Assembly: GCA_001643675.2 (NCBI GenBank) | Contig: LSRY02000002.1 | Coordinates: 62,001 to 126,000, forward strand | Length of the DNA stretch: 64,000 nt | Direction of reading: 5' to 3' | Source: Monocercomonoides exilis PA203 | Taxonomy: Eukaryota; Protista; Preaxostyla | Shown here: piece after piece, positions 1 through 12,700 of the stretch | How positions within the stretch are numbered: the stretch's first letter is position 1 | How the letters are laid out: every line of letters begins with the position of its first letter | Notes under the pieces: model-generated | What the model saw: only the letters and a program-made list of their open reading frames with translations | What the model was told of the DNA's origin: nothing | Databases searched by the model: none | Made by a program: the position numbers and the translations under genes

Positions 1-115
1 GTTTCTTATTTTCCACCATTTTCTTTCAAAAAGATTAATTTGAAAAAAATAAAATCTGAAGAACCCTTTTTAGTCATTATTTCATTCGATTTTTAATAAA
101 AATGATCACTTTTCC

Positions 116-150
<35 letters not shown>

Positions 151-397
151 AAATTTATTTATTCATTTTATTTCACTATTGTTTTGGCCTTTTGATCAAT
201 TATGAATTGAATGTTATCATTCTCATAAAAAGTTCATTAACTCTATCAGTAATTTAAAATTTTTTAATTTTTTAAAAACAGCTAGAAAGATTGCTAAATT
301 AAAAATTCACATTACATACTTTTTATTAATTCCAGTTTTTCTATTTTGAAATAACGTAAATAAGTATGAGTTGAATATAACAAAAACTGATTTTAAA

Positions 398-3300
398 TCA
401 GTGAAATACAAAATCGTGAGATGGCAACATATTTTTCAGTGAAAGTGGATCCTGCGCCCCACTATCATCACTTTTGGCAAGGAAAGTAGTTAAGGAGAAT
501 GACGTGCTTGATGAAGGGGAAGCAGATGCACCAGAAGTTAAAGATGACCCAGCAGATGATGATTGCAACTGATCAGGCGTTATAACCTGATTCTTCGGTT
601 GCTGCGGCACTTGAATCGTTGAAGTTGCAGATGTGCTAGAGGTCAATGAATTTGTTGAAGAAGAATCAGAACCAGAAGATGGGATGATCACCAAATCAGG
701 AGTATTTGATGAACTTTGTAAAGATTGGATAGAAGAGAAGAATATGGACGGAGAAGAAGCAGGATTCATGTTGGCTGTTTCTGATGGATCAACTGGCAAT
801 GACGAGGAAATGGGTATCATGTTCCGCTGATCTTTTTTGTGCGAATGATGGTGGTGGTGGTGTCGATGGTGATGGCGGTGGAACTCAGATTGATTTTGCT
901 GTTTGCTACTGTTTGAATTGTGCTGAAGCAACGGCAATGCAGATGAATCTGACGATGGAACAATAAATGCAACTGGAGGAGTTGTGCAATCTCTCTGAGA
1001 CGACGACAGTTCGGTAAATTGGATGTCGTCCTGCGACTGCATTGTTGGGATGGCATCTGGCTGAGTTATTGGAGCACTTGCACAATCAGAACAATTGCAT
1101 ACAATAATCTTTTCTAATTTGTTCGAATCAGAATATTCAGAGTCTTCGCAGTTTGATGAACCAAACGATGAGCAGCTCTCAGAATCGATGCTGCCCAGCT
1201 CCTCGTCAATTCCGCTGCTCGACTCGCTTTCTTCTAGCTCAACTTCCTCTTTCCTATGACCATCTTTCGAATTGCTTGGAATGTCAGCAGAAGGAGATCC
1301 AGCATTTGATGCTTCCTTTGCATTCGGTGTTGTCTCTTCGCATTTCGAGTCGTCTGCTTCTTTTGTATCGCGCGCACCACAAAGCACAACACCCTTTTTC
1401 GATTCTCCATCCACAACAACCGTAATCGGATCTTTTGTTCGGCACCAAACAGTGAATTCTTTCTCCTCCACAACTTCTTGCTGCATCAGCCATTCCCAGT
1501 CGATATAGACAGATTGCTTTCGAGCAGATGAGGAAGAAGCAATTGCATTTTCAGAAGAAGTTGAAGAAGAAGAAGAAGATGATGATGAGCTTGTTCCTGT
1601 TTGAGCGTTCTGCTTTGTATCTGGAAGTGAAGGTGGAATGTACAGGAACGGTATCCGAAGGCCCATCACGTTGTGCATAAAGTGTGTGCCCAGCGAAGGC
1701 TCGATGTGGAAGGAAGGCAGGCCTGTCTCGATCAGCACACGCGCCCCGCAGATCTGCGGCCATTCCAGCGGCATCCCAAGAGAAGGAGACGAAGTGCCCC
1801 AGCGCCCCAGTCCAATCGCAGCAAATGGTATTTTCCGCGGGCCAGATAGAAACTTCCTGTTGAACTCAGAAATCTCAGCAGCCATTTCTTTCGTTTTCAT
1901 CTTGTCGAACGTTGTTGGACGCACAAACAGAATATCGCGGATGCCTTCCGTTCGGCCGTGCCCCAGACACACGTTCGAGCGGGCCACTGCTCTCTGCACA
2001 GGAGCTGTCTCCACGATCTGCTTGAGAGAAGTGCCCTCAGCACCTCCGCTTGGGCCGAGCATCGGGCGGAGTTGGAGAAGCACAAGTTCTGATGGCTTGG
2101 AGGACAGATTGGCAGCAAACTCCATCTCCACCGGGCCAGCCATGCCCCACTCTGCAATGCGCATCACGCTCATCAAGATGGACGGGAGGGGAAGTGCAGA
2201 CGTAGACGAATACGAAGAAGAGGAAGAGGCAGAAAGAGAGGAGCGAGGGAATGTCGGTGTTGCAGCAGCGGCTGCTGCTTTCTGACGGAATGCAAATGAC
2301 ATTTGAGGTAAATGTGGGCGCTGCTGAATGCTGATTGGCGCATCGCCATCTGAAAGAGAAAAAGAGGAATTGTACGATGAGTCATCAGCAGGCCTTTGCG
2401 AAGGAGAAGCCAAAGGCGACTGAAACTTCTGTGAAGACAGCGCTGAAAAGTTCATTGGAGAAGTTGAAGAGACGACACCAGAGGTTGATGCTGTCAAACC
2501 AGGCTGAGAAGAACTCTGCTGCACAAGAGACGAAAGTGCAGGGGCAGACACAGCAGAGGAAGGAGAAGCATATCCAAACTGGCTCATTTGGATTCGCCCA
2601 GAAAGAAACGATGAAGAAACAGAAGAATACGCAGAACTGGATGGAACAGGAGCCACATTCGAAGCAGAAGGAGAAGAAGAAGAGACAATTGGCGTTGAGT
2701 ATTTTAGCAGCCGATTGAATGTCAGAATTCTGGGGCATCTGTACTTGTCGCCAGAAATATAGTCCTTGATACGCTGATCGTCCATGTCATACACACTTCC
2801 TATTCCTTGAAGCGTCCCGTCTTCCTCTGCATCATCCAATGTGTACTTTCCTAGATTTGTCCCTTCGTCCATCGTAGGCACACTCCCGTCTCCCTTCAGA
2901 TTCACCGCATAGAACTCCTTTTGCGTCTTCAGCAAATAGTCTGTCTTTTCAAAGAGATACGACACAGAAGGCCGGCCCAACGAAAATCGGTAGCAGGATC
3001 CTCCGTCCACAACAGTCTTGCCGAGACCCAAGGCGATTGTGCAGAGCCCATCGTCTGCTTTCATTCCTTCGATGGCATAATAGTTGATCGACTGCACAAC
3101 ACCCGATACATCCGGATAATATCGCGAGTCGTTGTGTGCTACACCCACCACTTCCTGCAGAATGACAGACATCCGCTCGCTTGATGGGCTGAAGCCCACA
3201 ACAGATAGATAACTCCGAGCATTCTCATAATACGTCGACGCCCACACAAGTTTGATTGCCCGGCACAGATGATCCAATCTTGTGTCAATGTCATCTTCGT

Positions 3301-6192
3301 ACTCATCCTCGGCCGAAGAAGATGATGAAGAAGCTTTCTTCCTTTTCGCTTTGTTGGGAATCATGTGTGTTGCATATATTCCAGCCAATGGTTGATGGCG
3401 AGAATCTTCCAAAAGACCAGATGACCGTACAGCCAGCGGTGCGTGGACGCAAAGTAAGAATTCTCGCAGCTGTTTCACAAGAACTGGATTCATCCGTCCC
3501 TTCAAAAACAACTGGGCAACTTCTGCGTCTGTGCACCTTCGGCGCGATGACAGCTGCGCAGACGAAGGAGAGGATGTCAGCGGAGACGATGCATTCGACG
3601 GAGATGACTGGGAATTCAGAAGAGGAAAGACGGGCGAAGGGAACGGCTCAGGAGAAGGTGATAGAGCAGCAGATGGAGTGGAAGTGTACGGAAGAGAAGG
3701 AGATGTCGAGGCAGGAAAAGGAAAAGAGGGAGCAGGCTGCTTTGGAACGGGTGCTGCAAATGGAGAGGGAGACAATGAGGAAGAAGAGGAAGAAGAAGAT
3801 GCAGCATTTGGAGTGGATGGACTTATGCTCATTGCACCTACAAGTGTTGAGAGTGCCTTTGTCTCATCGTTTCCTGCCTTTTCTGCTTCGGCTGCCGAAA
3901 TGCCGCTTTCTTTGACTTCCTCCTCTTTCACTCTTTTTTCCAGTTCTTCCACATCGATTTCTTCATTACGAGACAAAAACTCCAAATCGTTCTCTTTCAC
4001 AAACATCTCAAACATGTCAGAGCACAAAACCATCGTTTTCGGGAGCCGGACGTTGTAGCCAGCAAAATAGTGTTTTCTGACGGCGAGCAAACGCTCCAAG
4101 AAGAGAAGCCCTCGTGCCTTCCCACCCATCGACCCGTTTCCGATGCGGAGGAAGAAGTTGGTCTCGTGGTGCAGAATATCAAGCGAGAACGGGCGGGCAA
4201 TGCCCATCGTGTGCTTCGCCTTGTACTGTCTGTATGTCTCTGCAAGAAACGCACGCATTCTGTCGACGCGTTCTTCCAGCGTCTTCCCCGAAGTGAAGAT
4301 GGCGTTGCCTGCACTGACCATCCGCAGCAGCCGCGCCAGGCCATATTCACCGTGCGCAAACAGCCACGTCGAGAAGTCGTTGCGGAGCGAATGCTTTGCC
4401 ACAATTTTTGCCGGGGCAGTCTTCAAAATCTCGAATAGCTCGTCCATCGAGCTTGCCTGGCGGTACACTTCCTGCGTTTCTGGATCGCGGAACACAAAGT
4501 TGCCGAGCCCAACATACACCTCCATAAATTCTCTGAGCACATGCCGAATTGCTTTATCTTGCTTGCGGGCAATCCGGATGCTGGAAACAACACCACCTTC
4601 GCTCGTCCATCTCCCACCTTTGCCGTTATTGTCGAGGCTCAACTGCGGATGGCACACAGACTGCGAGGTGGTCAGAAACAGCACGGCACCTCTTTCGCCT
4701 AAAAGCTGTTTGAGTTCAAATCCAGCACCATGTCGCAGGTTATTGTCCCAGGCAGCATTTGAAGACGGGGATGAAGAAGGAGAAGACTGGTCAGATGGAG
4801 TCGAAGCAACAGAATTGACATTGTGAGGATCAGAGCAGAGCAGATCAACATCGCAAATAAGTGCTATGACGCTTTCTCTGAAGCGCTCAATCATAATCCA
4901 GCCTTCTTCAAAGGTGCGACAATGCAACACTTTTGGTCGAGCTGCCCTTCGAAACGGTGAAGCTTCTGATGTTTGTGAGGGGTGGTGAGACGAAGGAGAA
5001 TACTGAAGCTGTGGTGGTGTAAATTCATAATTATGAGAAGGTGTAGAGAACGTCGATGGATTTGTGTAAGAAGGAGTCACATGAGTGGAAGGTGTTCTGG
5101 ACATTCTGCCTGGATCTCCTCCGGAATATTTTTGAGTTGTGAGAATGTGGTATATCAATGGCAGGAAATATGAATAAAAATGCGGATTATGTTCTACATA
5201 AACAATAACTCCGACTCCAAGTACGGTATCTTCCTCTATGTTCATTGCATCTTCAACAAGAGACATCAACGTTGAAAAAATATACGCTTCTCCATGATAC
5301 TCCCAGGGCTCAGGAATTATCAGTGGACCTACAGCTGGTGAGTGAGACCCATAGGGATGAAGTGGAGTTATCAACGTTGAAGTTGAAGAAGAAGAAGAAT
5401 TAAGAGCTGGAATTATGCTATGTGAACGAATGTGTGCATCAGGATGGATGATTGGTGGAGGTGAAGTTGAAATTAAGTCATCTGAATCTTTAGCAGAATT
5501 CTCTTGAGAAGATGGAAGTGGATTTGATAACTGAGAAAAATCAACAACATCAGGAAGCAGTGTTGTAACTAATGGGAAAAGTGGGACATCTGAACCTGCT
5601 GCCTTTCGAAGAGTTGAAACGATTTTCACCATTCCAGTATCGTTAAACTGAGAAAGAGTAATAATTAAATCAAATTTTCTCTTTTTAATCGCTTCCAAAG
5701 CCCGAGCCAAAGTTGATACTCGGGTAATAAATGGTGTATTTTGAAAAACAATATCTGCATTTCGAATATTTCTACGCAACAGATCGAGATTTTCTCCATC
5801 ATCAAGAATTTCTAAAAATTAAAAAACAAGAAAATGAGAAGTATAATAGTCATAAAAAGAAATATACTTTCTTCTTCCATTAAAAACAATTCATAAGGAG
5901 AAGCAACAAGAAGAACATCAGTAACACGAAATTGCATTAAATTGTTTGGATTTCCATCATTCTCGGAATGGCCAATTAAATTCCATCCTAAAATTTAAAT
6001 ATTTAGCATTTTTATTCATTTAAGCATCCAATAATTATCATCGGTAAAAATATACAAAAATACGTCAAATTAAACTACTAGCAACAAAAATTGAGTTTCC
6101 AAACCCACAGGAGTAGACCATAATGCTGAAGCAATTAAAGTGCTTGTTTCTGCGGTAAATACATTCGATTGAGTACTTTGAAACGTTGCCAT
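398..6192 (-). CDS. PEP synthase/pyruvate-phosphate dikinase-like protein (N-terminal receiver-like region + PPDK_N ATP-grasp + C-terminal His-containing domain), bacterial-type family. Proposed exons 6192-6105, 5987-5868, 5811-398 (~1,873 aa)
   Basis: Motifs GKARGL, PLAVRSSGLLEDS..QPLAGIY, MSVILQEVVG, LGLGKTVVDG, PVEMEFA, LLQLRPM, GRWGTSSP.LG.P..W, SLGTHFMHN and NDFSTWL. Splicing GT..AG introns 5867-5812 and 6104-5988 restores in frame the family N-terminus NLMQFRVTDVLLVASPYELFLMEEE. The first exon is tentative. Confidence 0.85.
5812..5867 (-). other. Spliceosomal intron (56 nt) in dikinase-like gene
   Basis: GTATAT...TTTTTAG; phase 1 join gives MEEEK-ILDDGENLDLLRRN in frame with the long ORF. 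Confidence 0.85.
5988..6104 (-). other. Putative intron (117 nt) in dikinase-like gene
   Basis: GTTTGG...TTTTAG; phase 1 joins ATG at 6192 (MATFQ...TPVG) to WNLIGH. Confidence 0.5.
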
Positions 6193-6366
6193 AAGGTGGT
6201 TAGCAAGTTTATAAAAAAAGTATTTGAATACATAATTTATATATTAATTCCAGTGAAACTTATCATATGTTTTATCTTCTTGTTTTCATCCATTCATGAT
6301 GTTGGAGAATTGTTTCATTTATTTATTTCAAGTCGATTTTTAACTTTTTATTAAAAAAACAGAACT

Positions 6367-6544
6367 GGGGCAAAATTTTTTTATTTATGAAAAAAACAAC
6401 TATTTGTTCCAAACTTTTTCTCCAACATTGTCATTATAAGTCTTTCATTTCCGTATCAAAATAATACAGAAAAATTCAAGAATTGAGATAAATATTTGTT
6501 AGAGAAGAATGGAACAAAATTCATAAAGCAAAATATTTTGTCCC
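6367..6544 (+). mobile_element. MITE-like non-autonomous DNA transposon, copy A (178 bp)
   Basis: Imperfect TIRs GGGGCAAAATTTTTTTATTTATGAA / TTCATAAAGCAAAATATTTTGTCCC; flanked by direct repeat AACT(G); homologous to copies at 43077-43254 and 44731-44908. Confidence 0.75.
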
Positions 6545-6763
6545 AACTGTCTCAAAAAATATATGACTTTTACATTGTTTTTTGGATTTTTTAAATAGGA
6601 GATAACAATAATATTCATTCTTCACATTTGATATAACAGCATATTCAAACTTAAAACGTTAAACTGAAACATAGAATTTTATTTGAAAATGCTTTGAAAG
6701 AAATCAAATGAAAAGGAAATAATCTAATTACATGTTACATAAAAAATAAATATTAATACAATT

Positions 6764-9700
6764 CTAAGCAAAGAATAAGCTAATTTGTGGTAATTGCCGA
6801 GAATTTGTGTTATTTATTGGAATTGAAACATCCATGATAATATTCTGACGTAAAATTACTTCTGGTATTTCATTATTTTGGCATAGTTTAAATGATGAAA
6901 TAAGTTTTGATAGCGATTGCTGTCTCAACTGAAACACAGGACAAGAAACATAGGAAGTGTGATATCCTCCTCCGCTGGACAAAGAAAGTGCAGAATCCGC
7001 AGAAGTGGCAAGAGCACTGTGTATCTGAGCCTGTCTTTCTGAAACTGCTTGCTGAAAACCAGAAACTGTATTCACCCTCTTTCGAAGAAGGTTCCATTTG
7101 TTGCCCTGCGGAAGAGGAGGAGGAGAGATAGAAGGTGAAAGAGAAGACGACGAGGAGGAAGAGGAGGAGGAAGACTGAGAAGTCGAAGTGATTGTTTGTA
7201 ATGGAGCAAGCGACGATGCGGAGGAAGATGCAGAAAGAGAAGAATGAGGCTGCGATTGATTGTCCTGCGTTTGAAGAGATGGAGAAGAAGTATCTGAATG
7301 AACAGCAGCTGTTGGTCCTTGTGCCACAGGCTTTCTTATTCCCCACCGATCCTGAAACGGCTTTGTTGGTGTTCTGTCGACGATGAGGGATGGGACAGAA
7401 AGCGAAAGAGAAGAGGCAAATGAAATAGAAGGAGTGAGCAAAAGGGAAGAAGGATTGTCCAACTGAAGAAAGCTCGAGAGAATAGCAGAAGAAGGAGGAG
7501 TTGCCATCGCAAAGTGAGGGTGCGTTGCAGACAGCAAAGGATTGAAAGACACAGCATTGCTCAGCTGTTGATCCTGTTCGAACAACATTTCGACACAAAG
7601 AAGAAGAGGAGGAAGCTGCGAATGTGTGTGAGATGGCACAACACACATTGCGTCCTTATCCCATCTTCCATTCTCCACATACAAGCCTCGAATAGCCACA
7701 CCAAGCGAATTATGAACAGATTCAAAAGCGGATTTGGCAGTTTCTGACTGAGGACACGGTAGAAGATGGAGCTGTATGGCATTTTGAGGCACTTTTGCAG
7801 ACTGAGAGATTCCAGCAGCAACAGCAGAGAAGAATGAAGTGGGGCGCCACAAGCAGGACAAGTCAATGAAGTGAGAATGAAGAGGATGTGAAGGGCAAAG
7901 CGTTGGGAGCTGATCTGCCCTGTGCAAAATGGAGCACAAAAAGGATTGAAGAGGAGAAGAAGGAATGCAAACAGTTGGTTTTATTGCTTTCATTGAAGAA
8001 GACATTCCAGTTAAGTTAGAACCTGAGTCATGTAAAGCATCATCTGCACTGAGCAACACATCATCATTTGATGCAAACATCGCCAAAGCAGACAACGGAG
8101 CGAGTCGCATCCACTCCAACGGCACAACTCCTCCAGCGACAGCATGAATGCCCCTGCGAATCATCGGACTGCCATCTTGAATGCCGCTGAGGGTGGCCAC
8201 GCAAGACGAGCAAAAGAGGCGAATAAACCGGATGAGATGTGCCAAACACGAAAGCTCGTTGAACAAAGATAACAACACAAAAGGCTGAGACATCAGAGAA
8301 CTGTTTAAAAGGGATTTACCTGCCCCATCAGATGTTGGGACAATGGAGAAGGAGCTTTTTGTTGAAGCTCCTCGAAGAATTGAAGATGAACGATTCAAAC
8401 CAGATTGCTGCTGAGAGAGTTGTGAAGACGAAGAAGCAGAAGGCGCCGAAGGCAACGAACTGATTGAAGACGTGAAATAGTCAAAGAGAGAGGTTTCATC
8501 AGGAAGAGCGGTCAAGATCGTATAGAAATGCTGAAGGAGCAGTTGAGTTGGAGACGAAAACGGACTCAAAAGAGAAAGTGCGCTAAACGCTTTCGTGAAT
8601 ATAAACTGAGTGTTTGAAGGAGAAGAAGAAATTCTAGTTGATGGTACAATTTGAAGGCTTTGAGATGTGTGAGTCAAAACTTCAGAATGATAAAGACGGT
8701 TGAGCGTTTGGACAGCATTTGCAGCAGGTCGCGATGAAGACGAAGGAATAAAGTTTAAAAGAGAAAGAATGTTCAACGAATGAACAGGGGAGTTTGAGTG
8801 AGTAAACGATTCTTCAGAGATATTTAGTAAAGAATCATCAAATGGAAGAGAAGCGGAATTTGCCAAAGAAGAGGTGAAGCTGGAAATTCCATTGAACAAA
8901 ATTGATTCCAATGAAAGAGAGGGAAGTTTAGCCAATGACAATTTGGGGTATGGTATAATTTTTAGTGTTTTGTGCTCATTTTGAGCAGCAACTTGATTGT
9001 CTACAGGAAAATCATCTTCTGAGAGTAGTTTTGGAGATTGGACTTCGCTTGGAGAAGAAGGCGGTACGGTAGAAGTTGATGAGGACTGTGCAACAGAAGT
9101 TGCTGGTGGCAATTCTGTGGAAGATTCCTCCAGAAAAGCTGTGTCTTGAGAATACACAGCTAAACCACGGGTGTTCTTGCTGTATCTGAAGAGAAAATCA
9201 GCATACTGCAAAACAGAACTAACAGCAGAACCGGAAGATTGCCCAAAAGACCTGCAAAATGCATCGTATCTCGAAATATAATTTGGCATAATTGCAGCGT
9301 TGTAAATTCGAGAAACAGGAAATGACAGTTGGTTCTCTTGTTCCAAACGTTGTGGCTGAGTTCCAATAGGAGGCGTACGTTTGATGAACAGCGATTGAGC
9401 TGTGTGGTTTTCAGCCTCAAAAGCAGATGCTTGTGAAGTAGATGACGCCAGAGTGGCAAAAGTGGATGACGAAGAAGATTGGCTCACTTCGTTCATCATT
9501 CTCTCAAGTGCAGTTTCGCGATGATCGCAAATGCCAACCGCTTTCTTAACTTCTCGAATAGGATCTCGTTCGGTGTCGCTCCAGTTTGCATCATCGCAAA
9601 AGTCATCTGCGAAGCACATTTCTTCTCCACTTTCATCTTCTGCTTCTTCGTCCTGTATTCCTTCATCATCTACTTCAAGTGATATTCCATATGGTTTGTG

Positions 9701-12700
9701 TCTCTCTCTTCTTGAGGAATCTCCTTTGCCAGCATTCATATTAGCCCTTTCACTGATTCCTCCGAGAGTTAAATTGCCAGAAATTGAAGCAACAACATTC
9801 TTTCTCAACTTGCTCCAGTGCTTCATTTCGTTTTTGACGATCGATGCTGAAGCACTAAGATCTGAACTAGACGGAATAAATGCACAAGCCCTGTCCAGCG
9901 AACGATTAGATCGAGATGAAGGCAAATGCGAGCGATGCAGCATGAGCCATACAATAATCGAATGAAACCAGCACAAAGCAATTAGCATTTGCGTCTGAAG
10001 GCGGCGATACTTCATTTGCGAAGAGCGAAGAGATGAAAAACACAACGAGGTGTGCGGAACACTCAGCGGATCATACAACGAAAAACAGGAAGGTCCGCTT
10101 ACATTCGATGGAATATTATTTGCTTCATTGACAGAAGCAATTTCTTTCAAAGAAGACGAACAAAATCCAAATGCAACAACAGAACGACTCAAATGATCTG
10201 TCTCTCCAAATTCTGGTTGTTTTCTTTGCTTTCCTTGAAGATTTCGTTTTCTCAAATCGAATAATTCAATCTTTGTTGCATCATTTCCAAAGAAGCAATC
10301 GCTCCATTTCACCGAAGTCAATGGAAGATCAGCCAGTTTCTTTTTGATCTCTTCTCTTCTTTTTGCTTCTTCTGCCTCCTTTTCCGCTTCTTCCTTTCCA
10401 AACTTGGATGCTGCCTTGTTAATATTCTGTGTGGATGTCGTTCTTTTCAAAGAAGGAAGTTCATCGCCATGTGAAGCAATGTTGGAAGAATCGCCAGATG
10501 ATTGCACTGTTGGAGAAGTGGATTTAGGCACGTCTTGAAGAACAGCACTGCTTCTGTCGCGCCTCATCATGCCAGGAGACGCCGAAGCAGAGTGATTTGA
10601 AGGAGGAGAAGCCAGCTCTGAGGCATCACCACCGACGACAGATTGTCTGCGCAGATTCATTTGAGGTGGCAAAGCAAGTGGAACACTCCCAGAAGACAAA
10701 GTGAATGATGATGTTGAAGAAAGAGAAGGGGCTTGGAAGTTCTTCTGTAAGGAAGTTCCAGATGCAGACGAGCCAATTGTTGAATTCATAAAGTTGGCTG
10801 AAGAAGAAGATTGTGTCAATCCTTGCGATTTGCTTGATTGAACCGGAGCAAGGCGTTGCTGAGTCATTTTTCTGTGTCTCATTTTTGATTGAGATTCTTT
10901 CCGCTCTCTCTCTCTTTGCTTTTGTGCTTCTTCTTCATCTCTGATATGAGACAAAACCAACAATCTCTCTTGAACGATAGATGGATCAAAGAAAGAAACC
11001 GATGCTTCTCCTTCTGACAGAGCATGATGGGCAAACGAAAAAGGGAATGGAACAAACGCAAACTCGCCTGCAGTCTGAATGGTGCGCTTCAACGCAAGCA
11101 ACGCAGAGATTATCCTTCCTTTATTGCGGAGGACAGAATCTTCGTCAGATTCATTGAAATAAAGTGGAAGAAGCGTTGGTATTATTTCTTTCAGCTTTTC
11201 AAATGTGATTGGAGCGTCTTCTTTCTTTCCTTTTGCTCCTATATCTGTTGCTTTATCTCTTCGAGTGTCCAGATTTTGCTCACTCATCTGGCTAAGCTCA
11301 GCAGCAAGTGATGATTCTTTCTCAGAATCTTTTAATTCGCTTCTCAGTCGATGAATAAGAGAGACAACAGGATCAGAAGAGTTGGCAAATGATGACGGAA
11401 TAAACGTGGAGCGGAACCAAATGTCGAACGAATGCAGGAAAAAGAACTCTGGGAATTGTATTGGCAGTTGGCTCAGTTCCGCTGCAGAGAACACAACCTG
11501 CAAAGACTGACGAAGAATTTCCACAAATGAAGTTGGATGGCAGACATGCAATTTCAGAGAATGAGACAGCAGAAGAGGATGAAAGGCCGAGTTCCTTTTC
11601 TGAAGTGACAATGACGATTGAGGTTGATGTTCAACTGGAGTTGTAGCCAGAACGATGATTCTGAAATTGGAATGAATAAACAAAGCATTGGAATCTGCGT
11701 CACGCTCAGCCACTTCTGTCTTCCTTCTATCGTTTGTTGGTCCTCCTTGTCGTTCACCTCGAGCGATCGTCGTTTGAGACGATCGTATTGATTGCTGCAT
11801 TGAGCCAGCTCCTTCCGCTAAAACTTTTGGAATGCCAGCCAGCTCTCCTTCAATGTCTTTTTTGCGTTTCTCTCTCTCCTTTTCACCTTCCTTCTCCGCA
11901 ATCATCGAAGCACGAAGCTCGTTCACAACAAGAGCAAGATCTCGCATCAGAAGAGGAGATAACTCAGAGTCAGAAATAACAAGCCATACAGAATCCACCT
12001 TGCACTTCTCGACCAAAGCACTGAGCGGCCATAACTTGTTCCATTTCAAAGACGAACCAGATAATGATGATGATTGAGGCGGTCGAACAACCTCGTTGAG
12101 ATACAAATTGGAATCAGAAAGTGAAACATTGTCACGCGTTTCGCTAAGAGCAAGTGGAAGAGGCTGATGCTCAAAGGACGGATATGACGGAGCATATTCC
12201 ACTCGGATGTGCAATGATGTGGCTGCTGCTTGGATAACTGGCGTTGGATCAGCATATGGAGGAGACATCAGAATCAGAGGCTGGACAGCTGATGTCATCT
12301 TAAGTGAGTTTATTAGCAGAGCAGGTGTAAAATACGAAGTATTGAGAATTGTATTTACTGTCACTCCATGCTGCAAATAATACGATGTGAGTGTCTGCTT
12401 GCTTTCATTAGCTTCTGAAAAGAACAGATTTGAATTTTGATCAGAAAAAGTACCATCATCTGCATCCACGGAAAACAATGAATCAGTGTATGATGTTGTG
12501 CTTTCTCTTCTTTGTGAAGCTCCTCCAAATGAAGGAAACTGATTCAGATTTGGAGAAAAACTTGTTCGATAAGAAAACGGAGAAAAAGACGATTGATTGA
12601 CTTTCTTTAGCTCTGCAGTCATTAAAGAGAGGAGAGAAGATGAAGGTGGCTTCATGCGATGAATAGGAAGGAACGAAAGAAGAGCAAATGGGGATTTCTT

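Noticed and set aside
117-180. T30 tract with adjacent AATAAA on the minus strand as a retroposition scar (likewise A33 at 40693)
   Set aside because: No TSD or retro-element body seen; homopolymers are expected in this AT-rich intergenic DNA
398-5779. Bacterial contamination or chimeric contig
   Set aside because: The gene has spliceosomal introns and the same Ser-rich insert style as its eukaryotic neighbours
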